Shown: piece by piece, positions 36,832 to 48,677 of the stretch | Numbering within the stretch: the first letter of the stretch is position 1 | Layout of the letters: each line of letters starts with the position of its first letter | Source: Rotaria socialis | Taxonomy: Eukaryota | NCBI GenBank assembly: GCA_905331295.1 | Contig: CAJNYD010000042.1 | Span: 1-64,000, forward strand | Length of the DNA: 64,000 nt | Direction: 5' to 3' | Translations under genes and position numbers: made by a program | The notes under the pieces: generated by a model | What the model saw: only the letters and a program-made list of their open reading frames with translations | Databases searched by the model: none | Told to the model about the DNA's origin: nothing

Positions 36832-39641
36832 TTGAAGAGTCATATGGTTCATGGACCGTGTGGAGTACTAAACAAAGATTCCCTTTGTCTGGAAGACGGA
36901 AAGTGCACCAAGGAATTTCCAAAAGAGTTTCGGAATGAGACAGCTCCAAATAGGGATGGCTATCCACGATATCGAAGGCGAGATAATGGAGTCATTGCCA
37001 AGGTGGGAAAGTATGAGGTTGACAATCGATGGGTAGTTCCGTATAACCCACACTTGCTCATGAAATATGACGCTCATATTAATGTGGAAGTCTGTGCAAC
37101 CGTGAAAAGTATTAAGTATCTATTCAGATATGTTTACAAGGGACGCGATTGCGCCAATATTAAACTGTAACTACCTGTTAAAGACGGTGCAACTTTTGCC
37201 AAAACTCTGGAATGGGATGAAATTAAAGTCCATCTCGATGCTAGATATGTCAGTGCACCAGAAGCTGTATGGAGACTCTTTGAATTTCCACTACATGACA
37301 AGTCTCATTCTATTATCTAATTAGCTATTCATCTTCCCAATATGCAACCCTTCTATTTTGCAGAAGGAAATGAATTAGAAGCGTTGAATTGAGCAACTGA
37401 GAAGGATACAACCCTCATTGCATGGTTCAAATAAAATCGTGACAACTTAGATGCCAGAAGATATTCTGTATCATGATTTTGCGAATCGCTTCGTTTTCGA
37501 CCAAGAAAACAAATGGAAGCGTCCACAGCAAGGTGGAAAAGTCATTGGTAGAATAGAATGTATTCCGTTAGTCCGAGAGATACAGAACGCTACTATCTTC
37601 GCCTGCTAATATTGCATACGCCAGGTGCCTGCAGTTTTGAGAAACTGAAGACAGTAGATAACGAAATCTGTCAGACATTTCTGGATGCCGCTAAAAGACG
37701 AGGTCTGTTATGCGATGACACTGAACATGAGAGGTGCATGGCTGAAGCAGTAATCTTTCAGATGCCATCATAGCTGAGAACACTATTCTGTGTGATCCTT
37801 CTGCATTGTAACCCCAGCAATCCGATAGATCTATGGAAGTCATTCAAAACAAATATGGCCGAGGAGTTTATACGTCACTTCGACGCTGAAACAGCAGAAG
37901 CAATGGTGTTCTATTATATTGAAGCGATGTTGGCAGAACAAGGGCGAAGTTTTAGCGACTTTGGCATACCAACACCATCCATGTTTTGTCCATTACAATC
38001 AAAAAACATCAACAAAGAAGAAGAGCGTCGCTTCGGACAGGAAATGTACGAAACACTGAACGAAGCCCAACGTTCAGCAGTGGATAAGATACTTGGAGCG
38101 TATCATAGACGATCAGCAACGACTGCACCGTGTTTCTTTATAGGTGGACCTGGTGGTACAGGAAAAACTTATATCTACAATACTCTGTGCCATTTATTCA
38201 AAGGAAAATGTGTCAGTGTTTTAACAATTGCATGGACCGGGATTGCTGCGAATTTATTGACTGCAGGGAGAACGGTTCATAGTCGTTTTAAACTTCCAGT
38301 GCCACTCTTGGAGACGTCTACATCCAGTATTCGACCAAACACCAAGGAAGCCGACTCAATTGGAAAGGCTGACGTCGACATTTGGAACGAAGCACTGATG
38401 GCCCCATCCTACGCACTTAAAGCTGTTGATATTTTACTTAGAGATATAATGAACATAAATGTACCTTTCGGTGGAAAAAATATGGTACTTGGCGGAGATT
38501 TTCGCCAAGTTCTTCCGATTGTTCGATTCTCTAACAGGTCACAACTGGTTGCCGCAAGTCTTAAAAGCTCGGAACTCTGGCCTTACTTCAAAACCATCCA
38601 CCTAAGCAAGAACATGAGAACAGGACTAAGTGAAGAGGAATTCTTGGAATGGCTTATTAAGCTTGGCAACGGTGAACTACCAGCAAATGAAAATGACGAA
38701 ATTGATTTGCCTACAGGCTGCATATCAGATGGTAATTTAGCTGATGAAATATTTGGCAAGCATATTTCTCTGGAAGATATTCCGAATTTGTGTGACAGAG
38801 TGATTCTGTGCCCCAAAAACGAGCATTCTCTTATCGTGAATGAGCAAGTACTTCAACGTCTACCTGGAATAGAAAAAGTGTACTCAAGTGTGGATGACAT
38901 TGAATGTGAGGACGGCGAATATGTCTGCAATTATCCAACAGAATTTCTGAATAGTCTTACTCCATTAGGGATGCCTCCTCATAAACTCAACTTGAAGGCT
39001 GGTGCAATAGTGATGCTTCTTCGAAATTTAGATGTGAACCGAGGGCTCTGTAACGGTACCCGACTCATTGTGAGACGTTTACATAATCACACAGTCGATT
39101 GCGAAGTTGCGACAGGATCTAACAAAGGGAACAGAACTCTTATACCAAGGACTAGTTTGATACCTTCCGATACATTTTTGCCTTTTAAACTACACAGGCG
39201 CCAGTTCCCAATTCGCCTATCATTTGGTATGACAATCAATAAATCACAAGGACAAACGTTCAATCGATTGGAACTACTACTGCCACAACCCGTTTTCACG
39301 CGTGCGTTCACTGGGATCTATCAGAGTGCAGGTTATAGAAGAAAAGAAAAACAGTAAAACAAAGAAAACCAGAAATATAGTTTTTCATGAAGTTTTGTAA
39401 ATTTTGTATATACTGTAGGTAAGGTTAGCTATATTTCTGATAACTTTTCTCTGTACTCTAGATACTTTTGTAGATATCGTAGATATATTTTGAAAAAATA
39501 AACGTAGTAAAACTAAGCAGCCTTTCTACGAGCTACACCATAGACTTTCGATTGCAATTAAACACAATTGCTAACTAACTATACATCCTTACATAAAAGG
39601 AAAATGAAAATAGTCGTACATTTTGCACGGGGACTCGCTAG
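36832..39641 (+). mobile_element. 5'-truncated Helitron (Rep C-terminal part with stops, plus PIF1 helicase 37792-39357)
   Basis: HGPCG..C..KCTKEFPK, WVVPYNP, AHINVE, KYLFRYVYKG; helicase motifs GPGGTGKT, GGDFRQVLP, GLCNGTRL, MTINKSQGQT; 3' hairpin CGTACA-TTT-TGCACG followed by CTAG|T at 39638-39642. Confidence 0.92.
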
Positions 39642-40002
39642 TTTTTTAGAATATTACATACTGCTGATTTATTTTTGTTCAATTGTTTTTATGAAAGTAA
39701 GCATTTTAAAAGTAAAACTTTACAGTATTCGTATCATGAGATTTTTAGTTTTGTTTCATTCATATAATCTTTACATTTGGTGTGAAAAATTCAATAAAAA
39801 TGAATATAAATAATAAAGTTTTAAACGATGTTCGAGTATAGTTTACTAATATAATTGTATGCTATACTATTAGACACTAAAAATTATTGGAATAATATAG
39901 ATATTTTATGTCTAATCGATTAATATTGCAAGTAAAATTTTTATATCGATATGAACTTTATAGTGATGGCTGTGAAAATCATTTATTGAAAGAAAGACTT
40001 AT

Positions 40003-40483
40003 GCGTGACCGGACAGATCGTCGCGAGACAAAACGTCGCGGACAATTCATTGCAAAAAAGTTGTCGCGTGGATAAATCGTTGCATGGACAAATCGTCGCA
40101 TGGACAAATCGTCGCATGGACAAAACGTTGTATGGACAAAACGTTGCAATATTGCATATTGTTACAAATGTTTATTCAGAGGATGAATTCAAATTTTGTA
40201 ATGCAAATCAATGAAAATAATATAATAAATTAATTGAAATAAATGAATTATAAAATAAAACTAAAATCGCTATCAATGTAGAGATTTAAACATCAATCGT
40301 ATTTCCAAAGATTAACCAGGAATATTTTCTAATTCTTTGAATACATCATATTGAGTAGCAGTTCATTTTTGATCAATAGATATATTACAACCATTTTTCC
40401 ATGCAACGATTTGTTCATGCGACATTTTGTCCGCAACGATTTGTCCGCGACGATTTGTCTCGCGACAATCTGTCCTAGCGCCC
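40003..40483. mobile_element. MITE with tandem subterminal GGACAAATCGTCGC repeats
   Basis: GGACAGATCGTCGCGAGACAAA mirrored by TTTGTCTCGCGACAATCTGTCC. Confidence 0.75.
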
Positions 40484-41149
40484 AAACTTTTATGGATCTG
40501 ACGGGTGTTGATACTATGTATACATGAGCTGTTTCGATTCGTGCATGTTAGATTAGTGGTTTATTTTAACAGTATTTTGGTTGCCGAGAGTAGTTTTGTG
40601 TTAGTTTTCAATTAGGTTATAGTATAAAATAGATAATTTAGCTAGTTCAGTTTAACTCAATATACAGTAGTATATGTTATGGATTTACAAGCTAATGCTT
40701 TTTATCTTTATATATATATCTTTTTATGAATATGAGCATACACTTGTGATGACGTTTTTTGCCTATTTGTGATTGAGACTTTATGTTACAACACATAACT
40801 GATACAACCTCTAGTGTGTTGTCTACGTTTTAGGTATATTTCATCACAAATTTTGAAAATAAATGAATTTTTAAATCTTATGATAACGTGAAAAATATAC
40901 AAGTATTCTCTATGTCAAGTCGTATTGTAGAGAGATTTGAAATTTCTGAATTGAAGCATAAGATATTTGGTGTGGGTGTGGGTGTGGGTCTGTGGAAATA
41001 GCACAGCCACAGTCACAGCCACAGCCACAGCCACAGCCACACCCAAATTTTTACATTCCGAACATCCGGAAAATCGATTTTATTTTTATATCCGATTTCG
41101 AACATCCGGTTACTTGGCCGGATGTCCGGAAGAGTGCGGACGAAACGGG

Positions 41150-42001
41150 ACAAGCCCGTTGTAAAACGGTGTATTATCAGACATAATCCATCTTTTGGCT
41201 GCAATTTCTCCACATTTGTATGTACTTTCATCATCACCTACAACAGAGGAATGCAAAAATGAACATATTGACGAGTTTTGGGATGAAGAAAGGAAAAAAG
41301 CGCTTACAAAGCAAAATTATTGGTGTTGGTGTTTTCCACTGTAGCACTGCATCATTCGTAAGCGTATAAAAATGCTGTTCTCGTTCAATGAAGTATTTGA
41401 CAAATTCTTTTCAATGTTTCACCACATCTTCTCGTTCATGTCCAAGAAAATATGGCCGACTTGAATTTGCTGTGAATTTTTCACCAAATTGACGTAGATC
41501 TAATTTACAACTTTCGACTGATCTGACTAATCGTTGATCGACTTTCTTCAGATTATTTAATTCAGAAAAGCGATTATCAATGAATACTGCCAAAGTTCCG
41601 ACTGTAAATGTTGCTTCTGTTTTTGAACATTCTTCAAAAACAAATTGCTTTGCTTCTAATTCTAAATCTGGATAACAATCCCAAAACGAATCACCTATTT
41701 TTCCACCTCTCTCTTCAATTGTGAATTCATCAAAATATTTGCTTACTAAAATATTTGTCCATTTGTGACATGTTTTGTTGGTCATACCACCGATTGATGT
41801 TAAAAATGACTCGACGTCTCTCCACGAATGACCAAAATGACGTAAAGACATATATATAAGCACGCTGATGAAGCGAGTGTTAATTTGTTCTTTACAAGAC
41901 ATTGCTACTAGACTCATTTTTCTATGAAGAATTCGAAAATCATATTGGTGAGAGAGAAAAGTGGAAGGGAAAGGAAATAGACGTTGTTTGTTGAAAAGCA
42001 A
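41150..42001 (-). mobile_element. Degenerate intron-containing DDE transposase fragment (IS630/Tc1-like)
   Basis: YFLGHEREDVVKH* followed by (G)DDESTY..GE, matching GHERxDVV/HDEST-type transposases; internal stop; truncated near 41150. Confidence 0.55.
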
Positions 42002-42399
42002 TTTTTTTGCTGATTTTTAGACCCTCTTAGTATCTTGCGTTTTTCTCCACGAATGTGTTGTCAAATGAAAAAAACTAAGTAGATATTCGTGATCAGCGTG
42101 AAAAGGGGAATCTCCTAATGTATGTTTAAGCAAAAACGAAGAGGTGCTGTAATTTTGAATTACCCTCACCTTACGTAATAGGATTTTTTGGATAAATATG
42201 TGACATCATATTAATAAGGTTTGTCTCTCATTTGGAGTATGGCTGAGATGCTTTTTTTAATTGGTGTAGAAATTTTAAAGAGGTACATGAACTTTCAATA
42301 AATGTACGATCTTTGAATAATTATAGTAATGTTGGAAGCAGCTATGCAATAATCAAGTAGCTATGAATTCATTAAGTAGCTGTGGGTCTTTTTTAAAAA

Positions 42400-42530
42400 G
42401 TTTGTTAACGCAGCCCCGTTGGGGCTAAAATGTGGAACTCACATATATTCCTTAGGCTTACTAAAATAGTTCAAAATAGTCCATCTCAAAAATCTACCTT
42501 GATTTCCAAAATCTATAATCAGGTCATTCC
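42400..42530 (-). mobile_element. HINE-like element, partial copy 4
   Basis: TTGTTAACGCAGCCCCGTTGGGGCTAAAATGTGGAACTCACATAT matches the start of copy 1. Confidence 0.8.
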
Positions 42531-45500
42531 CTTGGGGAAATCTTTGACGTTTCAGTCCCGGATCCTTGACAAATATGATCAGGATCCTGAAAAGATTCGC
42601 TATTCTTTCCTGAGGAAATGACTAAATCCTGACAGAAGTCTGGAGCCACAGAATTTTAGGATCCTAGCAGGATTCAAAACAAGATTATCAAAGATCCTGA
42701 CAAGTTTACCAGTGTTTTTTAAACCAGGATTGAGTCAGGAAATCGATGATTCCTGAAAAAAGTGTGTAGCCACGACACTATAGGATCTTGCCAGGATTTC
42801 AATAATTCTAATTTAGAAAAAAAGATTTCTGATAATATCTTTGAGGATTGTATTATATTTTCTAGAAGATGTTATCAAATATCTTGGCAGAATCTTATTA
42901 GGATTGGACTAGGTTTTGTTCAGGATGTTATTAGTTTCTTGGCAGGATTGGTGCAGGATTTTCTAAATAGAATATACGAGAAATGAATGCATAGAGGATT
43001 GATCTCTAGACCTTCAATTTACATACCGATTAGCTTATCCAGCTAGATGCACCATGTCATCCTATAGCACTTCAGCACTCAATATCTTAACTCTGCCATT
43101 AATATAAACTTCTATTTGAATTTTATGTGAATATAAATTATTTAAAACAATTCTGAAAATATAATATTATTTCTCATCTTTAATTTAGTTTGTCACATTT
43201 GACTGTTTTTTTAACTTAAATTCAATGCTAAAAAATATTTTGAAGTCTGTTTTCGATTATTATTAAAACTATAATCAATTTTAATAGAAAGATCTGCTGC
43301 TCGCTCAAAGTATCTATTCAACGAAAAAAAATTCATGATGAATAAATTTAAATTAATACTATTATTTAATGATTTTCAATATTTTGTTTTTTCTTCTGGC
43401 GAGATAAAGACAAAAAGTCACTGCTGCAGTCTGAACCTCAAAACAACTTATATTGAAGCTTCAAAAAGATTTTAAAACTTTTTTCTATGATTTTTAGGGT
43501 TCATGCTATTTATTTATGAAAAGAGCCAATTAAGGTTCTTTTATTTTCTTATCAAGATCCTGATCATTCGTATATTTTTTTAAAAGCATTCTAAATGCCG
43601 GTTCCCGAACAGTATCGCTCGGAAACTTGATCGAGGTTTGATAGGAGTTCTAATTTGAATATTTCGAGAAATCTGGCTTTATTCTTGTTATGATCCTTCA
43701 CTGATATGACTATAAATCTTGGTACAATTCTTGTATCAGGATTCCAAACAGATGTTCACTCAACCCTGACCTACCCTTGACGAAATTCCTTTTTTATTAT
43801 TTTTGTCAGAATCCTGGATAGGATTAACAGACATATCCGAACAGGAACTTCGACAAATCCTGAATAGAATCCTGAATTAAACCTTGCAGGATCATCGAGA
43901 TTTATGATTCAGAAATATCCTTGAAGGTTGTCTCAAGAAATATACAGACATGAGTGGATGAAACAGTCACCTGTAAAGATCTTTACCAAATCCTTACATG
44001 TTCCTATCAAGACTCTGAGTAGAATTGGCATCATCTTGTGAGGTTAGGAAAAACATATTCTTGAAAAGTTCTGAGCAAGATCCTGATTGAAATTTTTGCA
44101 GGAACAGTCAGTTTCGTATGCGGGCTGGGCCTGTTATTTTCTTGTCAAGATCCTCGTCTGATGTGGTCGTTGCTCCTGACAAGATCCTGATAGGATAATT
44201 TGATCGAGATTCTTACGAAAATCTGATCAAGCCTTTCTACAACCCTCTCTCATAATTTTGATAGGATCCTATACAGGATCTTGCGTAAATCTTGATAGGA
44301 TCCTGAACTATCGGCTCAGAAAAAATATCTCGGCAGGAACTTGAAGAAATTCTGAATATGATCTTGTTTCACATTGACAAATCCTGGAAACAGAATCCTT
44401 GAGATTCAGAACCCGAAAAGATCCTTTCACGGCTTCGCAAGGAATAAACAGGATTGAGACTAGGATCTCTTTCTCTATTTTATCAAATCCATTCCGATGC
44501 CAGCAACTGTTTATTATTTAGTATTCAATTTTATTTCATTTCTCTCTAACTAGGTATCCGGTGACCAATAATGAATGGCCGCACTTTGCATTTCGTATTT
44601 AAATCACTAAATACGTTTTATTTTTAAAAAGCAAAGTGTACCATAGTATGTAGCGTGAAAAGCTTCACAATTTGCATGGAAAACGTATTTTATAAATGCA
44701 CGTTTTGTTTTCAAATGAATAAAATTCTGTGAGATTAACTTTTGACGCTACGAGAAGGATCGTTTTCTTGGTGCATGCCAAATCTCTGTTTCTTATTTTT
44801 TTTGGCTAAAGAGCAATATCGACGGTTATAATTAATGGTCGATTTTTAGTCCAATAGACATATTTCAGTTACAAGTGTCCACTGATTCTGACATCAGCTC
44901 TGCAGGCACACGCGAGGTTTTTGATAAAGAATCACAATTGTGTTGGTATGGGTGTCGGTGTGAGTATTCCTGTAACTTATAGTTGCACCCTGGCACCCAC
45001 ACCCACAGCCTCACCCTCAAGGGTGGTACGTATCAGTAATACGTATTGCCCAATCTTAAGAAAACATTATTGTTGCTTTTCATCGAGCAATATATTCCTT
45101 CAAAATGAATTTCTATTGAAAGTTATTTATTGCTTTGTATCAGTAAGGTTTTCGCAAACATGGCATAAACTTTCAACATATCCAGTCTTTTATCTTCATT
45201 CACATTTCATACTAAAGCTTTCATCTTATTCTTTTTGAGTATATTCGAGTCCCCCTTGAAAATTTCTTTCTTTTGTTTCATTTTAGCAAACAATAAAAAG
45301 CAAAATAGAATAGAGAAAATCTTGATAGAAACTTAATGTTTTTTATTTTATTATGTTGATAGAAGATAAAAAAAACATAAAAGTGAAATGAAACGAGATT
45401 AAAATGAATATTTGAATTCGAAGAGTGTGAGTGCTGAGTTCAGTGTCTTCATGTGTGACCTTAGCACTTTTACCTCCCGTTGTCAGTTAAATCTCAAAAT

Positions 45501-46337
45501 AGAGATAAATGTTAGTTAACTATGAAGAAAATGTGACTTGTAGCATTAGCAAGAAATAAACCATATTCGAGATGTGAAATGTTCAACCAACATGTGTTAA
45601 TATCTTGAGGATGTAGTATTAAAATAAAGCAATTTACACTCACACACACACACACACTCACGCCACTTATAAGAACGACAAAAATAAATGCACGGTTTTT
45701 CGCAGTACTCACGGTTGTGTATGTACCCATATACAAGAAAAGTTCACCGTTCTCTGCATAAAAAAGTCTCTTGATACGATTCGCATCAGAAAAAATAATG
45801 ACAGAAAGCAAAGGGCAGACATTTGATGTTTTTATTTTTGAGGATGTTGATGTACGATGCTGGTTTGAGAATTGATGAAATAGGAACCACAATCGCGCAT
45901 ACTCTCACACACACATTCGCCCTCTTCATTTTATAGATTTGATTTTAGTAGAATTACAAGCATCAATTAATCTTGTTGTCTCTGTATTCATTCAGTTTTC
46001 TAAAGTTCCCGAAGACAGTTAAATCTTAATGGCTCATTTATGATTACAGCATTTGAACAGCACTTTTCTTCGATTCGTAGAATCTAATTTCAAGTTAGAT
46101 TTCATAGCTTTTCACCTGCAAATGTTGTGTGAAAAACACGATATATAGATGATTTTTTTCCGTTTCAATAACTTTCACAAGTTACATCGTAAGACGCCAT
46201 CACAGTTTTTAAACTCTGTATTCTCTTAAGCGTATATGAATGATTCATACATTGCGCAAGAATTTATGATGAAATATACTTCTTTGCATCATGAAACACG
46301 AAGGTAACACTATATTGACTTTTTTAGTCTACTAAGC

Positions 46338-47825
46338 ATGCAAGCGATGGAGACACCATTATTGCTAACAGACAAGCAAGTGCAGGAGTTTTTAATCAAT
46401 GGTTATTTGATTCTTCAACCCATCTCACTTGATAGAAATTTTCACTCATCAATATTTACTGAAGTTCAGTCAATTTTTCAACAAGATGGGAATCCAGGAA
46501 ACAATATTCTTCCACGAATTCCTCAACTTCAGTATGTATTCGATGATCCAGTAGTTAAAGGTGCATTACTAAGCCTATTGGGTTCAAATTACAACATGCA
46601 ACCACATCGACATGCGCATACAACACGTCCGGGAACTGCAGATCAGACATGGCATAAAGACAGTTACTTTGGTTATCGAAAGCTACTGCGTCATCATCAA
46701 ATACGTTATGCCATGGTCATGTATTATCCTCAAGATACCACTATTGAGATGGGGCCCACTGCTCTCATACCTCGATCACAATACGATGTTGAGCATCCGG
46801 AAATGTATTCACATTTTGAAACACTAGAAGATCCGAATACAACAAGTGACGATCACGATATTTCTCTAGTTTGCACAGCCGGCACTGTGGTGTTAATTCA
46901 CTATGATATTGTGCACAGAGGAACAGCCAATATAACAAATCGTTCACATCGTTATATGTTTAAATTTCAGTTTACTCGACTTGAAGAGCCAACTCAGCCA
47001 ACATGGAATCATGACCCGACAAATGCGTCTTACGATGCAGCCGATGCAGGATTATTACAGCCAATTGTCAAGCATGTCTGGAACTGGATGATAGGTCGTG
47101 TCATCCCCTTACAAGAACTTACCACTGATCAAGATATTAACACGTGGAAAATACAGCTTAGTGATCACTGTGGGAAAATCCGTCTCAATGCAGCTTATAA
47201 TCTAGCTTTGAATAACGAATACAATATTTTAATCCAACAATTATATAAGAACAAAGCAATTCCTCGTTTCGAAGCAGCATATGCATTAACGGCTTGTCGA
47301 TATAATAAAGAGGCAATCGATGAATTACAAGCAGTGCTAGCGAGAGAAGAAAACAATGAACCCATTGCATATTGTATAGCATTCATCTTTTCCGAAATGG
47401 GTTCAGCAGCACTCGATACTTTACCATTATTGATACACGTCATTGAAAAAAGTCATTCATATTTAGTGAAACAATACTGTTGTGAAGCCCTGGGAACTAT
47501 CCAAGTAAATGAGCAACATAATATTGACACGGTCGTATCATGTTTGACGAATGTTCTTGCTGATCGAGATCAACTGAAAGATCTTAAAGACGCATCCCAT
47601 ATGAGATTTACAGCAGCATTATCCTTGGCTAAACTTGGCGTCAAAGCAATACAAGCAATACCTAGTCTAAAAGAAGCACTCTATCTGGATAAAAATCGAT
47701 ATGTGAATGCAAATGCATTATTAGCTTTGAAAAGAATCGGAACAGATGAAGCGTTAAAAATTGTTTTGCATTATCTTGAAATGTCACGATGGTGTGCAAA
47801 GACAACACCTGCTAGCTTATATTAG
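46338..47825 (+). CDS. Phytanoyl-CoA dioxygenase-family (PhyH, Fe/2OG) domain fused to HEAT/PBS-lyase repeats, intronless
   Basis: LTDKQVQEFLINGYL; HxD in QTWHKDS; MGPTALIPRS; AGTVVLIHYDIVHRG; C-terminal HEAT repeats (RFTAALSLAKLG...RYVNANALLALKRIG). Confidence 0.85.
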   Translation: MQAMETPLLLTDKQVQEFLINGYLILQPISLDRNFHSSIFTEVQSIFQQDGNPGNNILPRIPQLQYVFDDPVVKGALLSLLGSNYNMQPHRHAHTTRPGTADQTWHKDSYFGYRKLLRHHQIRYAMVMYYPQDTTIEMGPTALIPRSQYDVEHPEMYSHFETLEDPNTTSDDHDISLVCTAGTVVLIHYDIVHRGTANITNRSHRYMFKFQFTRLEEPTQPTWNHDPTNASYDAADAGLLQPIVKHVWNWMIGRVIPLQELTTDQDINTWKIQLSDHCGKIRLNAAYNLALNNEYNILIQQLYKNKAIPRFEAAYALTACRYNKEAIDELQAVLAREENNEPIAYCIAFIFSEMGSAALDTLPLLIHVIEKSHSYLVKQYCCEALGTIQVNEQHNIDTVVSCLTNVLADRDQLKDLKDASHMRFTAALSLAKLGVKAIQAIPSLKEALYLDKNRYVNANALLALKRIGTDEALKIVLHYLEMSRWCAKTTPASLY

Positions 47826-48252
47826 ACACACTTATTTGTAAGAAAAATTGCTTATTCCCAAGGTTTCATTTATCAATATTCTATAGAGTTCTGAATTGCA
47901 TTCAAAGCTTACTGAGAAAGATAACCACCGAATTTGTAGAAAAATAAAGATTTCTGCCATCCGTAGCATAAAGTTATTCTGAGAGATAATTTGAATAAGT
48001 GAGAATGTGTGGAATATGGGTGTGAAGATGGGCGCGATTTTAGGAATGCATATGGATGTGGGTACGTTGCTGTAGATATAAGGGATAGGACAAAACAAGC
48101 TACACATCTATACCAACAGCTGCCCAAACTTACCTAATATCACTGAAAATTGCGGGAGTGGGTGAGTATTTTCATCTCCATGCACACCTACACCCACAGC
48201 CAGCTTATGTTTCAATTTTGTATCATAGAACAAACTAGATGAGTTCCCAAAT

Positions 48253-48451
48253 CAAGGGGGAAACAGCTGATTCATGATTTTGGGTGATTTTTTGAGTGAT
48301 TTTCATGAAATCAAAAGTCACCGGAAATGACTGGAACTAATTGAAAATCACAGACAATCAATGAAAAGCAATGATAATTACTGAAAATCAATTGATTTTG
48401 GGTGGTTCTCGACTGATTTTGGGCTGCTTAAAACCAGCTGCTTTCCCCTTG
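48253..48451. mobile_element. P-element-like MITE
   Basis: TIR CAAGGGGGAAACAGCTG / CAGCTGCTTTCCCCTTG; 8-bp TSD TCCCAAAT (48245-48252, 48452-48459). Confidence 0.85.
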
Positions 48452-48677
48452 TCCCAAATGTGTAACTTATTTATGATTTGTGAATCATTTGAATATTTAC
48501 AAAAGATAGAACTACCGGATGAGACCCTTAAGCAAGGTCGAAACGAGTCGTAGTATGCTCTAAAACACATCCGCACCGTCTTTTCATGCCCAATACATGT
48601 TTCATGCTATTGTTGTTTTATTGATTATAATCATATGAACCATCAATCATACATCAGTAGAGATAAAAAGTTGCAAG

